DNA of 64,000 nucleotides from Malacoraja senta (Eukaryota): contig CM075986.1 of the NCBI GenBank assembly GCA_038087875.1, positions 33,108,001 to 33,172,000 of the forward strand, in the 5' to 3' direction. The stretch's first letter is position 1, and every line of letters starts with the position of its first letter. The translations under genes were made by a program, and so were the position numbers. The notes under the pieces are model-generated. The model did no database searches and was not told where the DNA came from. It was given only the letters and a program-made list of their open reading frames with translations. Below are positions 1 to 12,526 of the stretch, piece by piece.

Positions 1-3000
1 GACAATAGGTGCAGGAGTAGGCCATTTGGCCCTTCGAGCCAACACCGCCATTCAATGTGATCATGGCTGATCATCCACAATCAGTACCCCATTCCTGCCT
101 TCGCCCCATATCCCCTGACTCCACTATCTTTAAGAGCCCTATCAAGCTCTGTCTTGAAAGTATCCAGAGAACCGGCCTCCACCGTCCTCTGAGGCACAGA
201 ATTCCACACTCACAACTCTCTGTGTGAAAAAGTGTTTCCTCATCTCCGTTCTAAATGCCTTACCCCTTATTCTTAATGATACCCCTTATTCTGGACTCCC
301 CCAACATCAGGAACATGTTTCCTGCCTCTAGCGTGTCCAAACCCTTAATAATCGTATATGTTTCAATTAGATCCCATCTCCTCCTTCTAAATTCCAGTAT
401 ACAAGCCCAGCCGCTCCATTCTCTCAGGATATGACAGTCCCACCATCTTGGGAATTAACCTCGTGAACCTACGCTGCACTACCTCAATAGCAAGAATGTT
501 CTTCCTCAAATTAGGGGACCAAAACTGCACACAATACTCCAGGTGTGGTCTCAACTCATCTTGTTATGAAGGCCAACATGCCCTTGGCTTTCTTCACTGC
601 CTGCTGTACCTGAATGCTTACTTTCATTGACTGATGAACAAGGACCCCCAGATCCCGTTGTACTTCCCCTTTTCCCAACTTGACACCATTTAGATAATAA
701 TCTGCCTTCCTGTTTTTGCCACCAAAGTGGATAACCTCACATTTATCCACATTACACTGCATCTGCCAATCATCTGCCCACTCACCCAACCTGTCCAAGT
801 CACCTTGCATTCTCATAGCAACCTCCTCGCAGCTCACACTGCCTCCCAGCTTTGTGTCATCCGTAAACTTGGTGATGTTACATTTAAATCCCTCGTCTAA
901 ATTGATACTATATATTGTAAATAACTGCTGTCCCAGCACCGAGCCTTGCGGTACCCCACTAGTCACTACCTGCCGTTCTGCAAGGGACCCGTTAATCCCT
1001 ACTCTTTGTTTCCTGTCTGCCAACCAATTTTCTATGGATGTCAGCACTCTATCCCCAATACCATGTGCCCTAATTTTTCCCACTAATCTCCTATGTGATC
1101 AAATGCTTTATAATTGACTCCAGCGTCTTCCCCACCACCGATGTCAGGCTAACTGGTCTATAATTCCCTGTTTTCTCTCTCCCGCCTTTCTTAAAAAGTG
1201 GGATAACATTAGCTACCCTCCAATCCACAGGAACTGATCCTGAATCTACAGAACATTGGAAAATGAACACCAATGCGTCCACAATTTCAAGAGCCACTTC
1301 CGTAAGTACCCTGAGTACCATCAGGCCCTGGGGATTTATCAGCCTTCAGTCCCATCAGTCTACCCAACACCATTTCCTATCTAATGTGGATTTCCTTCAG
1401 TTCCTCCATCACCCCAGATCCTCTGGCCACTAGTTCATCAGGAAGATTGTTTGTGTCCTCCTTAGTGAAGACGGATGTGTGTCCTTGGAGGTGGTGCAGC
1501 GGGTGCATCCCCTCCAAGGACAGTGGCAGTGGGAGAGAAGTGGTTGGAATATCAATTCTGGTTCTATGCTCCCTGAGGTGTGGAGAATTGAAGGTGTAAT
1601 TGGGGAGATTAAAATAATCACTGGATGCACTGGAGCAGATGAAGAATCTGCTTCCTCTGCTGTGGATCCAAACAAGGACAAAAAACATAAACATGGCATC
1701 CAGGATATTGAGGGCACTGGAAACCCAGAACTGCCCCCTGGAAGCTGTCTGGGGTTCAGTTGAAAGTTTCCACATCGACAGAATGTTAGAAACATAGAAA
1801 CATAGAAAATAGGCGCAGGAGTAGGCCATTCAGCCCTTCGTGCCAGCATTGCCATTCAATATGATCATGGCTGATCATCCAAAATCAGTACCCTGTTCCT
1901 GTTTTTCCCCATATCCCTTGATTCCGTTAGCCCAAAGAACTATATCTAACTCTCTTGAAAACATCCAGCGATTTAGCCTCCTTTGCCTTCTGTGGCAAAG
2001 AATTCCTCAGATTCACAACTTAATGAGTGAAAAGGTTTTTCCTCATCTCAGTCCTAAATGGCCTCCCCCTTATTCTGAAACTCTGGTTCTGGACTCCCCG
2101 AACATCGGGAACATTTTTCCTGCATCTAGCCTGTCCAATCCCTCAAGAATTTTATATGTTTCTATAAGTTCCCCTTTAATCTTTCTAAATTCCAGTGAAT
2201 ATAAGCCCAGTCGACCTATTCGTTCATCATATGTCAGTCGCACCATCCTGGGAACTAACCTGGTGCACCTATGCTGCACTCCCTCAATAGCAAGAATGTC
2301 CTTCCACAAATTAGGAGACCAAAACTGCACACAATAATACTCCAGGTGCAGTCTCATCAGGGCCCTGTACAACTGCAGTAGGACCTCCTTGCTCATTTAC
2401 TCAAATCCTCTCGGTATGAAGGCCAAAATGCCATTAGCTTTCTTCACTGCCTGCTGTTCCTGGATGCTTACTGTCAGTGATTGATGTACAGGGAAACACA
2501 GGTCTCGCTGCACTTCCTCTTTTCCTCATCTGACACCATACAGATAATAATCTGCCTTCCTGTTCTTGCCACCAAAGTAGATAAGCTCACATTCATCCAC
2601 ATTATACTGCATCTGCCATGCATCTGTCCACTCACCCAACCTTTCCAAGTCACCCTGCAGCCTCATAGCATCCTCCTCGCAGCTCACACTGCCACCCAGC
2701 TTTGTATCATCCGCAAACGTGGGGATGTTACATTTGATTCCGTTTTCTAAATCGTTAATATATATTGTAAATAATTGGGGTCCCAGCACCAAGATTTTCG
2801 ACACCCCACTCGTCATTGCCTGCCATTCTGAAAAGGACTCGTTAATTCCTACTCTTTGCTTCCTGTCTGCCAACCAGTTTTCTATCCATGTGAATACCCT
2901 ACCCCCAATACCGTGTGCTCTCATTTTGCACACAAATCTCTTGTGTGGGACCTTGTCAAAGGCTTTTTGAACATCCAGATACACCACTGGCTCTCCCTTA

Positions 3001-3840
3001 TCCATTCTACTTGTTACATCCTCAAAAAATTCCAGAAGATTAGTCAAGCATGATTTCCCCTTCATAAATCCATGCTGACTGACCGATCCTGTTACTGCTT
3101 TCCAAATGCGCTGCTATTACATATTTAATAATCGACTGAAGCATCTTCCCCACTACCAATGTAAGGCTAACTGGTCTATAATTCCCTGTTTTTCTCTCTC
3201 CCTCCTTTCTTAAAAAGTGGTGTTACATTAGCTACCCTCCAGTCCACAGGAACTGATCCAGAGCCTATAGAACATTGGGAAATGATCACGAATGCATCCA
3301 CGATTTCTAGGGCCACCTCCTTGAGTACTCTGGGATGCAGACCATCAGGCCCTGGGGATTTATCGGCCTTCACTCCCAACAGTTTACCCAACACCATTTC
3401 ATGACTAATATCAATTTCCTTCAGTTCCTCCATCTCGTAGATCGTCGGTCCCCTAGTATTTCTGGAAGATTGTTTGTGTCTTCCTTAGTGAAGACAGAAC
3501 CAAAGTACTTGTTTAACTGGTCTACCATTTCCTTGTTTCCCATTATAAATTCATCTGTTTCTGACTGTGAGGGACCTACATTTGTCTTCACTAATCTTTT
3601 CCTCTTCACATACAGTACAGTATCAAAAAATGTTTTTACGGTCAGTTTTTATATCCCCCGCAAGCTTTCTTTCATACTATTTTTTCCCTCTTAATTAACC
3701 CCTTTGTCCTCCTCTGTTGAATTCTAAATTTCCCCCAGTCCTCCGGTTTGCTGCTTCCTCTATCCAATTTATACGCCTCTTCCTTGGATTTAACACTATC
3801 CCTAATTTTCCTCGTTAACCACGGTTGAGCCGCCTTCTTT
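1..3840 (-). mobile_element. Two adjacent degenerate CR1 LINE fragments
   Basis: Minus-strand RT fragments ([28 protein letters not shown]) with frameshifts; CR1 3' ends near positions 1 and 1790. Confidence 0.85.
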
Positions 3841-5929
3841 GGTGATTAAAGGACATAGAACCAAGGTGGATAAATGGAGTTCAAACACAGATCAGCAGAG
3901 AGTGGGGATGGGCTGGAGGGCTGAAGAACCATTTTACTGATCCTCTATGCATGGGACAAATTTGAACACAATCTCTGCATGCAGCTGTTGATTTACCAGA
4001 AACACGTTTCATAATTTGACTGTTGACGGGTGTGTGAAACTGGACAGTGATGTGGGGGCTATTTCCTTCACCTCCGATTCCCTGTAGGAGATGGCAGCTT
4101 GTCTTAATCTGAACAGGGGGCCTCCCACAGGGAACAGACTTGCTAAAAAGAACAAGCAAGCTGCTTGACATATGGAAATATGTTCCTGACTTAGGGACCA
4201 ACACCTACAAACAATTCTTACGTTACTGAAAAGATAACCGACCAATAGGACTGAGTCTGAAGACAGAGGACGATGAAGAGATGAGCTTCATGCAAGCGTG
4301 GAGAATTTTTAGAAAAACAATTCAGCATTTGGTCGGATTAAACATAATTTTCCATTTCTCTGCCCATTTCTGAGCTGATCTATACCCTCTATACTTTAGA
4401 GTGCATCTGCCCAGTTACCCAACCTATCCTAGTCACCCTGCAGCCCCATAGCAGACTCCTCGCAGATCTATACTTTAACATCCTTGCTCACTGTCCGCAG
4501 ATCCCTACAGAACTCAGCTGGCCACAGACTACCAGTCTGAATAATGCCCTTCACCATAACCCTCTGTCTTCTATCAGTAAGCCTAAGTTGACCCAGACAA
4601 CAAAATCACTGTGAATACCGTGCATTTTGACCTTCTTGTTCAACGAAACATGGAGAACTTTCTCAAATGCCTTACTAAGGTCCATATAGACAACATCCAC
4701 TGCCCTACCTTCATCGATCACCTTTGTCACGGGATACTGAGTTGGATGATCAGCCATGATCGTATTGAATGGCGGTGCAGGCTCGAAGGGCCGAATGGCC
4801 TACTCCTGCACCTATTTTCTATGTATCTATGTATCTATGTCACCTCCTGAAAAAACCCATTCAAGTTAGTAAGACATGATCTGAGGCATACAAAGCCATG
4901 CTGATGGTCCCTAACTAGCCCATTGTCTTCCAAATGGTAGTAAATCCTATCTCAAAGATTCTTCTCCAATTGCATCCCAACCACTGATGTGAGGCTCAAC
5001 GGCAAAGCATACTTTGGAATACAAGTGGAACCAAAACATTCATACCCCGGGAGAAAGAAAATACTGAATGTCTAATCTATCTCTGTCTTCTTAGTATGGC
5101 CTGTGTATTTGTCTAAATGTCTTTTAATTATTGCTGTCGTATCTGCTTCCTCAACTTCCCCAGGTAATGCATTCCAGACATTAATGTTTTGTACAATCTT
5201 CATAGGCCTTATCTACTGTCATACGCCTGAGGACATCGAGCACCTCCATGTCCATAATACGCACTGTCCTCCATTAACTGTCCCAAGTTCGTGTAAAATG
5301 ACAAATGGCAATGGTAAAAGTGAGGTCGAAAGGGTAACAGGACATCTGTTTAGCTCCCATGGGAGTTGGATTGAGCTGTGTTTGTTGCTCTATGTCTGTT
5401 GGAGGTGCATGATTTAGAACTGTTGTGAGACCATTCTAAAGAAGGAACAGATGCTCCACAGAACGTCTCTCCCTGGGATTTCCTGCCATTTACCCGTCCA
5501 GCAGCACTTGGCTGCCCCCTTGACTGGGCAGCCTTCCCTTTCTCAGTACAACCGCTTCCCTTAGTGTTGCACTTCCTGTTCTTGAAAACTTGGATCAAAA
5601 GACCCATGGCTGACACAGATCAAAGGGTTTTCTAACAGTAGTGATGGCACATCTGTCCAGTACTGAAACTCTGTTTTAATCTCTGGGAGAGAAAAATCCT
5701 GATCAGTAAATAATCCTCCTTCCACCCAAGAAATTCTGGTTCACATTGATTCTTCCAAGGTTGTTGGAGGCAAAAGATTCTGCAAATTAGTTTTATCAAT
5801 TCTGTCCCTTTCCCTCACTGCATGGGTTCTCTCAGTCAATCTCTCTCAGGGGGCTAACTTTACACTGCTCACAGTTTCTATGCAGCTTTCAGTCTCTCTC
5901 TCTCTTTCTATCTCTCTCTTTCTCAGAGA

Positions 5930-8445
5930 GATATCTGTATACTGACCGGTGAACCTCATTCCCTCTCTCTCAGCTTGATATCTGCACACTGAGTTGTGAA
6001 TCTGTGGAATTCTCTGCCAGACAGCAGTGGAGGCCAATTTACTTGATGTTTTCATGAGAGAGTTAGATATAGCTCTTAGTGCTAAAGGAATCACGGAATA
6101 TGGGGAAAAAGCAGGAACAGGGTACTGATTTTAGATGATCAGTCATGATCAGAAGGGGCAAATGGCCTACTCCTGCACCTATTCCTGCACCGGTCACTGA
6201 AAGTTGGCGTGCAGGTACAGCAGGCAGTGAAGAAAGCTAATGGGATGTTGGCCTTCATTACAAGAGGATTTCAGTATAGGAGTAAAGAGGTTCTTTTGCA
6301 GTTGTATAGGGCTCTGGTGAGACCACATCTGGAGTATTGTGTACAGTTTTGGTCTCCTAATTTGAGGAAGGACATCCTTGTGATTGAGGCAGTGCAACGT
6401 GATTGGGCGAGTCCAGAACCAAGGGCCACAGTCTTAGAATAAAGGGGAGGTCATTTAAGACTGATGTGAGAAAAAACGTTTTCACCCAGAGAGTTGTGAA
6501 TATATGGAATTCCCTGCCACAGAGGGCAGTGGAGGCCAAATCACTAGATGGATTTAAGAGAGTTAGATAGAGCCCTAGGGGCTAGTGAGTCAAGGGATAT
6601 GGGGAGAAGGCAGGCACGGGTTATTGATAGGGGACGATCAGCCATGATCACAATGAATGGCGGTGCTGGCTCGAAGGGCCGAATGGCCTCCACCTGCACC
6701 TATTTTCTATGTTTCTATTTTTCTATGTTTCTGTGTTCTGCAGTGACCAGTGTCTCTCAGTCTCTCTTGGGATATTTGTACACTGACAGCTAGCTAGCTA
6801 GCTAGCTCTCTCTCTCCCTCTCTCCCCCTCTCCCTTCTGTAAACGGATCAGTCTCCCTCATTCCCTCTCTCTTGGGACATCTACACTGACCAGTGTCCCA
6901 CTGTCAGGGGTATATCTGTACACTCTTTCATGGGATATTTACAGCCTGACACCATTATACCAGCCAAGATCATCACCAAACTCGAGGGACTTGGAGTCAG
7001 TACTCACCTCTGCAACTGCATCATTGACTTCAGTTCAGTTCAGTTTAGTTTATTCTCATGTGTACCGAGGCACAGTGAAAAGCGTTTGTTGTGTGTTAAT
7101 CTGTCAGCAGAAGGACAATGCATGATTACAATCAAGCCATTTAAGGGCCTGTCCCACTTAGGCGACTGCCTGCGACTATCATAGTCGTAGCAGGTCGCTG
7201 AAAAACCGGCGACTGGACCCCCCTACAACAATGTCTACGACAAGCTACAACAACCTACCACCTAGTCGACGTCAAGCTAAGTCAAGCTACCGACAACCGG
7301 CGACCCAATCGTCGCCACTTAGGACGTTCACCTACGACAACCTACACCGCCACATACGACAATCTACGACTACACAGGCGACAACCGGTCAACCTACGTC
7401 CACCCGCGACAGGCTACGACAAGTTACGACTGTCGGAGACAACTGAAGACAATCCACGTCATTTTGGCCTTCAAAACAATGGAATCACCCAGTTATAAAA
7501 GGGGATGTATTGTTTCCAACATCTGAGGGCATTGCTCTCACAAGAAGAAGCCCTGTTGCTTGCAGCAGCCCTCATGCTTAAAGATCAGCAAGACAGAAGG
7601 ACAAGAAGGATGGGGAAGAGGAAGCCCAAGAAGAGCTGTGCGTGGTTGAAGCCCTTGTCCCTGTAGAGACCCAGGTTGGGCCAGTATGACAACCTGATGA
7701 CTGAGCTCCAGCAAGAAGATGAGGCTGCCTTCAGAAACTTCACAAGGCCCCCCACTGAGCTGTTTCAGGAGCTGAAGACACTGGGTGGGCCCTCTCCTGG
7801 AGAAAAAGGAGACCCACGGAGGAGCCACTGTCGTAGCCTGGTGTAGCTAGTCGCGTCAACTGTTGCCGATGGTCGCCAGCTGTCGTAGGTTGTCGCTGGT
7901 ATTATCATAACATGTCGCCGGTATGGTCATACATTGTCATAGATTGTCGCCGATATAGGTGTAGATGGACTTCATTCATAACATCACGACTGGCTGTTGT
8001 AGCTTGACTTCTGTGCTCTATCTACCTCATTGGAGACCCTCGCACTATCTTTGATCGGAATTTACTGGTTTTATCTTGCACTGAACTTTATTCACGTTAT
8101 TCCCTTCATCATGTTTCTGCTCACTGTGGATGGCTCGATTGTAATCATGTATTGTATGTCTGTTGTCTGGTTAACTCGTAACTAAAGCTTTTCACTGTAC
8201 CTCGGTACATGTGACAATAACCTCAACTCAAACTAACCGGTGTCTCTCAGTCCTCTCATTGATGTGGATATCTGCACTAACTGGTGTCTGTCTGTCCCAC
8301 TCTCTCAGGGAGATATCTGTACACTGACCGGTGAACCTTAGCCCCTCTCTCCCAAGGGGATATCTACATTGACAGGTGTCCCTCTCTCTCAGGGGGATAT
8401 CTGTACACCGACTTTTAACAGCCCCTCACTGGGGTATCTGAGTGT
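5930..8445. repeat. Fragmented GATATCTGTACACTGACC minisatellite upstream of the V promoter, interrupted by TEs
   Basis: Units at about 5930-5990, 6770-6925 and 8265-8445, separated by CR1, Rex1-like and Harbinger fragments. Confidence 0.55.
7144..7995 (+). mobile_element. PIF/Harbinger deletion derivative with transposase remnant
   Basis: TAA followed by the left TIR GGGCCTGTCCCACTTA; 7683-7815 translates with frameshifts to QYDNLMTELQQEDEAAFRNFTR..TELFQEL, resembling a Harbinger transposase N-terminus; right TIR not seen. Confidence 0.6.
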
Positions 8446-8703
8446 CCTCTTGCTCCACAAAGTGTTCAGCGTTGTAATGAGTGGATGGAGCAGAGTGTGA
8501 TCAATCTTTAATCCGGATCTCATCATTGCCCCTCCACCCGCCGCCTGTTGTGGAGACAAACATCTTTTGGGGAATTGAACTGGGTGCTGGGGGCAGTGAC
8601 AGGAAGCCGCGCCTCTGGTGTCAGTGGGTGGGAACGTGTTCAAGCCGCGGCCCCCTCCCTCCCTCTCTCTCTCTCTCACTCACACACTCACAGCTCACTT
8701 CCC

Positions 8704-8711
8704 TATTTAAA
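8704..8711 (+). promoter_or_regulatory. TATA-like box of the V-gene promoter
   Basis: TATTTAAA about 90-150 bp upstream of the leader ATGs; no ATGCAAAT octamer seen nearby. Positional inference only. Confidence 0.4.
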
Positions 8712-8768
8712 CAGCGCTGACTGCGGCTCCCGACAAAGCCGGCCTGAGCTGAAGCCGCCCATTCCTGG

Positions 8769-8869
8769 AGTGTCCAAGTGTGTGTCAGTGCTCAGAGTGA
8801 TGGGGGTCGCTGCTTATCCAGTGTCCAAGTGTGTGTCAGTGCTCAGAGTGATGGGGGTCGCTGCTTATC
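8769..8869 (+). repeat. 51-bp-period tandem duplication spanning the 5'UTR and leader start
   Basis: 8769-8818 is identical to 8820-8869 (50 nt); gives two in-frame ATGs at 8800 and 8851. Confidence 0.95.
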
Positions 8870-8896
8870 TCTGTCTCCTTCTGTCCTGTCTGCCAG
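8851..8896 (+). CDS. IgW: IgW heavy-chain leader exon (MGVAAYLCLLLSCLP-G)
   Basis: Hydrophobic signal peptide, phase-1 GT donor at 8897, 101-bp intron ending in AG at 8996-8997; resembles the skate IgX leader as I recall it. Confidence 0.9.
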
Positions 8897-8997
8897 GTGG
8901 GTGTCACCCCCACTCGGGGCCGGGCTGCTTCTCGGACACTCTTTGACCTTCTGCCTCTCCAACTGTTTATTCAACTTGTTTTCTCTTTTATTGGCAG

Positions 8998-9304
8998 GCG
9001 TTCGATCCGCGGTCGTGGTGGATCAGATCCCGACCGTGGTGGCAAAGTCCGGAGGGTCCCTCAAACTGACCTGTGCAACCAGCGGGTTCAACCTCAGCAA
9101 CTGCGACTTCAACTGGGTGAAACAGGTCTCCGGGAGAGGGCTGGAGTGGGTGGGGAAGATAAAGTATAATGGTGACAAAAAATACGCGCCTGCCTTCAGC
9201 GGACGATTCGAGGTTTCCAAGGAGAGCAGCAATGTCTATCTCCAAATGAACAGCCTGAGACTGGTCGACACGGCCACCTATTACTGTTGTGCGTGCAACA
9301 CGCC
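8998..9304 (+). CDS. IgW: IgW VH exon (leader end + V, probably with joined D sequence)
   Basis: Open frame GVRSAVVVDQ...LKLTC(9072)...W(9114)VKQVSGRGLEWV...RFEVSK...DTATYYC(9285)CACNT; canonical Cys/Trp/Cys, GLEW and DTATYYC motifs. Confidence 0.95.
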
Positions 9305-9332
9305 CACGGTGGCGGAGAGCTGAACAAAAACT
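9305..9332 (+). other. Recombination signal sequence with 12-bp spacer, 3' of V(D)
   Basis: Heptamer CACGGTG (9305-9311), 12-bp spacer GCGGAGAGCTGA, nonamer ACAAAAACT (9324-9332). Confidence 0.92.
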
Positions 9333-9658
9333 GCCCCCGACAAATGAGCGTCCGCAGCGCAGTCTGTCTCCACCCATTGTGTATTGCTGCTTCCCAGAGT
9401 CAAACCCCTGAATCCTGACTCGCACTGCAGGGAAGAAATGTCCATTTCTGGCCGGTTAAAAGCCCGAAAGGAGGTGATTGTGTTTGTGAGGGACGGCCAG
9501 AGCCGGTGGCAGCAGATGGCAAAAATGCCTCTTTTATTCACACCAGAGGTTGAACAAGGACGGAGATTGGGATGGAAATGCAGGAAGCGGCTGCTCCTGG
9601 TCCGGCCAGTGTTCACGTTGACACTTTGCTGAGATTATTGGATGTGGAGGGCGAGTGG

Positions 9659-9697
9659 AGTTATTGTACTGACTGAGTGGGAAGATGGAGCACTGTG
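9659..9697 (-). other. 23-bp-spacer RSS 5' of JH
   Basis: On the + strand AGTTATTGT (9659-9667; 2 mismatches to GGTTTTTGT), 23-bp spacer, CACTGTG (9691-9697). Confidence 0.85.
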
Positions 9698-9740
9698 CTT
9701 GGGTACTGGGGTGCAGGAACCTCGCTGACAGTGACTTCAG
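9698..9740 (+). CDS. IgW: JH segment (LGYWGAGTSLTVTS)
   Basis: WGXG motif followed by phase-1 donor G|GTAAG at 9741. Confidence 0.95.
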
Positions 9741-11309
9741 GTAAGACCAATTCCTCAATTCCATTTTACCCAGTTGTGTTTTATTAATTTATGGTCTTTG
9801 CGAATTCTGTAATTGACCTGAACTCGGTGAGATATTTGGAACAATTGCACGGATTTCCCGGAGACAGATGGGTTTCTCCAGCGTTAGAATCTACCCAGCA
9901 ACAGTACATTTCCCACCACGTTGAACTGCCCCACAGGCTGTTCTTACCCTGAGTCTCGCCATCATCTGCCTTCAGTCCATCTTGTGCATGCCGACCAAGC
10001 TGGCTTTCTGGCTCGTCCCATTGGCCACATATCCTTCTCATCCATATACCGGATTTGTTTGATAATCGGAATTCTATCTGCTTTTATAGTTTCCTCTGGC
10101 AACTCATTCCAGATACTGCCCTACCCAATGTGAATAAAAAATGCCCCTGAAGTCCCCTTTAAAATCTCTCCCCACTCACCTTACTGTTTTAGAAACCTCT
10201 ATCTTGGGAAAAAGCCTGTGAGCTTGCACCTCATCCATACCCCTCATGATCTTGTTCACCTCAATAAGGTTGCCGCTTAGTGCCCTTTGCTCCAAAGAAA
10301 AAAGCCTACCTTATCCTCCCTCTCCCTAAAACAGAACCCCACATGTCCAGACAATATCTTGGTGAATCTTTTCCAAGTCCTTTCCAATATAATGACATCC
10401 TGTAGCTGGGTGACCAGAACTGCACACAGTACTTACTCCAAGCGTGGTCTCACCAATGACTTGTACCGCTGCATTATCATGTCCCAACCTTTATACTCAG
10501 TACCCTTCCCTTTGAAGGCAGTCTGCCAAAAGCCACCTCGGCTCCCTGTCCACCTAACTCGCCACTCTGACCGAACCATGCCCCTGTATTTCCCCATCTG
10601 TCTGTTCTACAAGACTCTCCAGACTCTACCATTTACTGTGTAAGTTCAGCCCTGGTTTGATCTACCAAAGTTCAACACCCCCTCACTTGTCAGAGTTAAA
10701 TTCCATTTGGCATTCCTTGGCTCCCCTTCCCAACTGATCTAGATCTTCTTGTAAACTTATCCTTCTCACTGTCCACTCATGCACTGATTTTGGTGTCATC
10801 TGCAAACTTACTATCAATGTCCACTATATTGTATGGCAAACTGTTAATGTAGATAACCAACAACAGTGGTCTCAGCACTGACCCCTGCAGCAGTGCACTT
10901 CCTCCAAGCTAATTTAGCTCATGTTGGGTTCCATGTGATCTAACCTTCCACACCAGCCCACCATGCCAGACCTTGTTCAACCCTATCAGGTTCATGAGGC
11001 ACAATTTCCCAAACACAAGCCATGCTGTCCCTAATCCTTGGCCCACCCTGCCAAGTGATCTAAATCTTGTAAACTTAGGACTATCCCTAATCAGTCCGTG
11101 CCTATCCAAATACTGGTAGTTCCTGTCCCTAAGGACATTCCCACCAATGACGTCGTCAGGCTCACTGGTGTAGATCCCTGGCTTGGCCCTAATGTCCTTC
11201 TTCAATTACGCTTCAGTATCAGCCAGTCTTTTGGTGATTAATCTGCCTGTTTCCACACTGTATTAATCTATGACTCTATGACTCCAGTACCTGCTCCCAC
11301 AAAGTGATC

Positions 11310-11615
11310 CCATCAAACACATCCAGGGCAGACAGAGCACGAGTCAAATGCCGAATAAATCTCCCCGTGTCACTGTGCTGTCAGGTACAGATTAGATACA
11401 AAGTTCCATCTGTCCTGTCCCAACGCTCCCAGAAAAGGGACAGCACAGGTTAGACAAGGAGTGAGGCTCCCTCCAACCTGTCCCCACACACACCCAGGGT
11501 ACGGGTTAGACACTGAGTGAAGTTCCCTCTACACTGTTACATACTCCCAGTGCAGGGACAGAGTGTTTGACACAGAGTCAAGCTCCCTCTACATTGCTCT
11601 GTCAAACACTCCTTG
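11310..11615. repeat. Degenerate ~60-bp tandem repeat
   Basis: Recurring CAGGG..GGTTAGA..GAGT.AAG.TCCCTCTACA.TG motif, about 4-5 copies; boundaries approximate. Confidence 0.55.
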
Positions 11616-12526
11616 TGTAAATGCTTCAGAACACAGAACGTTCTCTAGATTGTAAAACAAATTGATGCTGTTTGGTTCAAAAACAAAGGTTCACAATAAT
11701 GAATGATTTGAACATAATGAGAGAATGTTGTACATGGTTCTAGATGTGGGTTTTAGCACACCAGGTTTTCTTTACATCTTGTATTGAATTTCAACATTTA
11801 GAGATCTTTAGTAAGTCAATACCTTTTATTCTTCATTGTGAATTCACTGATGCTCGTAGTTTAGATTCTGAGTCGAGTTGCTTGGTGTTTTTGATGTGAG
11901 TTTTGCTGCACAAAAGAACTGCTTTTTCCCAGTTCACAGATGGAGGAACGGCTCTAATTTCCTGCCCTCCTCCGTCAGCCGACTGGGTTTGTCCAACAAG
12001 TGCTTTGCTCCATTAACCAGGGCTGCTGGTGTCTCAGTGAATCTCAGTGGTCATTCACAGCGCACCGTTCATGGTGTCCCCGAGCCCTTCACAGGCAGTG
12101 AGGCATGTTCACAGTAGAGCCGTGTTGTAAAGGAGGGACTGTGGATCCACTCTGCTCACAGCAGAATCGGCAAACCGCTGGTGAGGGGGAAATGTTGTCC
12201 GAGACTCCACAGATACACTGATCCAATGGACGGGCATCAGGCTGCAATCAGACCCCAGTTTAATTCCGCAACAACTGTGGAATTTAAACTCTGTTCATAA
12301 TCTGGGACAGATTGGACCTGTGTCAGATTTCCTTTTGTTAATAACCTGGATTTTGTGCACTAATCCACAGTAATGATGACCTCTCAGTTTCCCTGCTGTC
12401 CCTCAGTGGAGGAGATCTGTTGTCCTTACCCAGTCAAGCCTATTTCTAACCCCTGACCCAGCAACGCAATTGGCACTAAATGCCCCCTGGATGGCAACCC
12501 AGACGGGCAGTTTATTGCCCCTGCAT

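Noticed and set aside
448-6793. Numerous short ORFs on the strand opposite to CR1 RT fragments
   Set aside because: They are antisense shadows of LINE coding sequence, recurring at every CR1 copy.
8998-9332. Light-chain or TCR V segment, because of the 12-RSS
   Set aside because: Leader, framework motifs, WGAG J and the downstream CH/Sec/TM exons are all IgH (IgW) type.
9333-9658. Cryptic D segments between V and J
   Set aside because: No heptamer-spacer-nonamer pairs found on either strand by eye.
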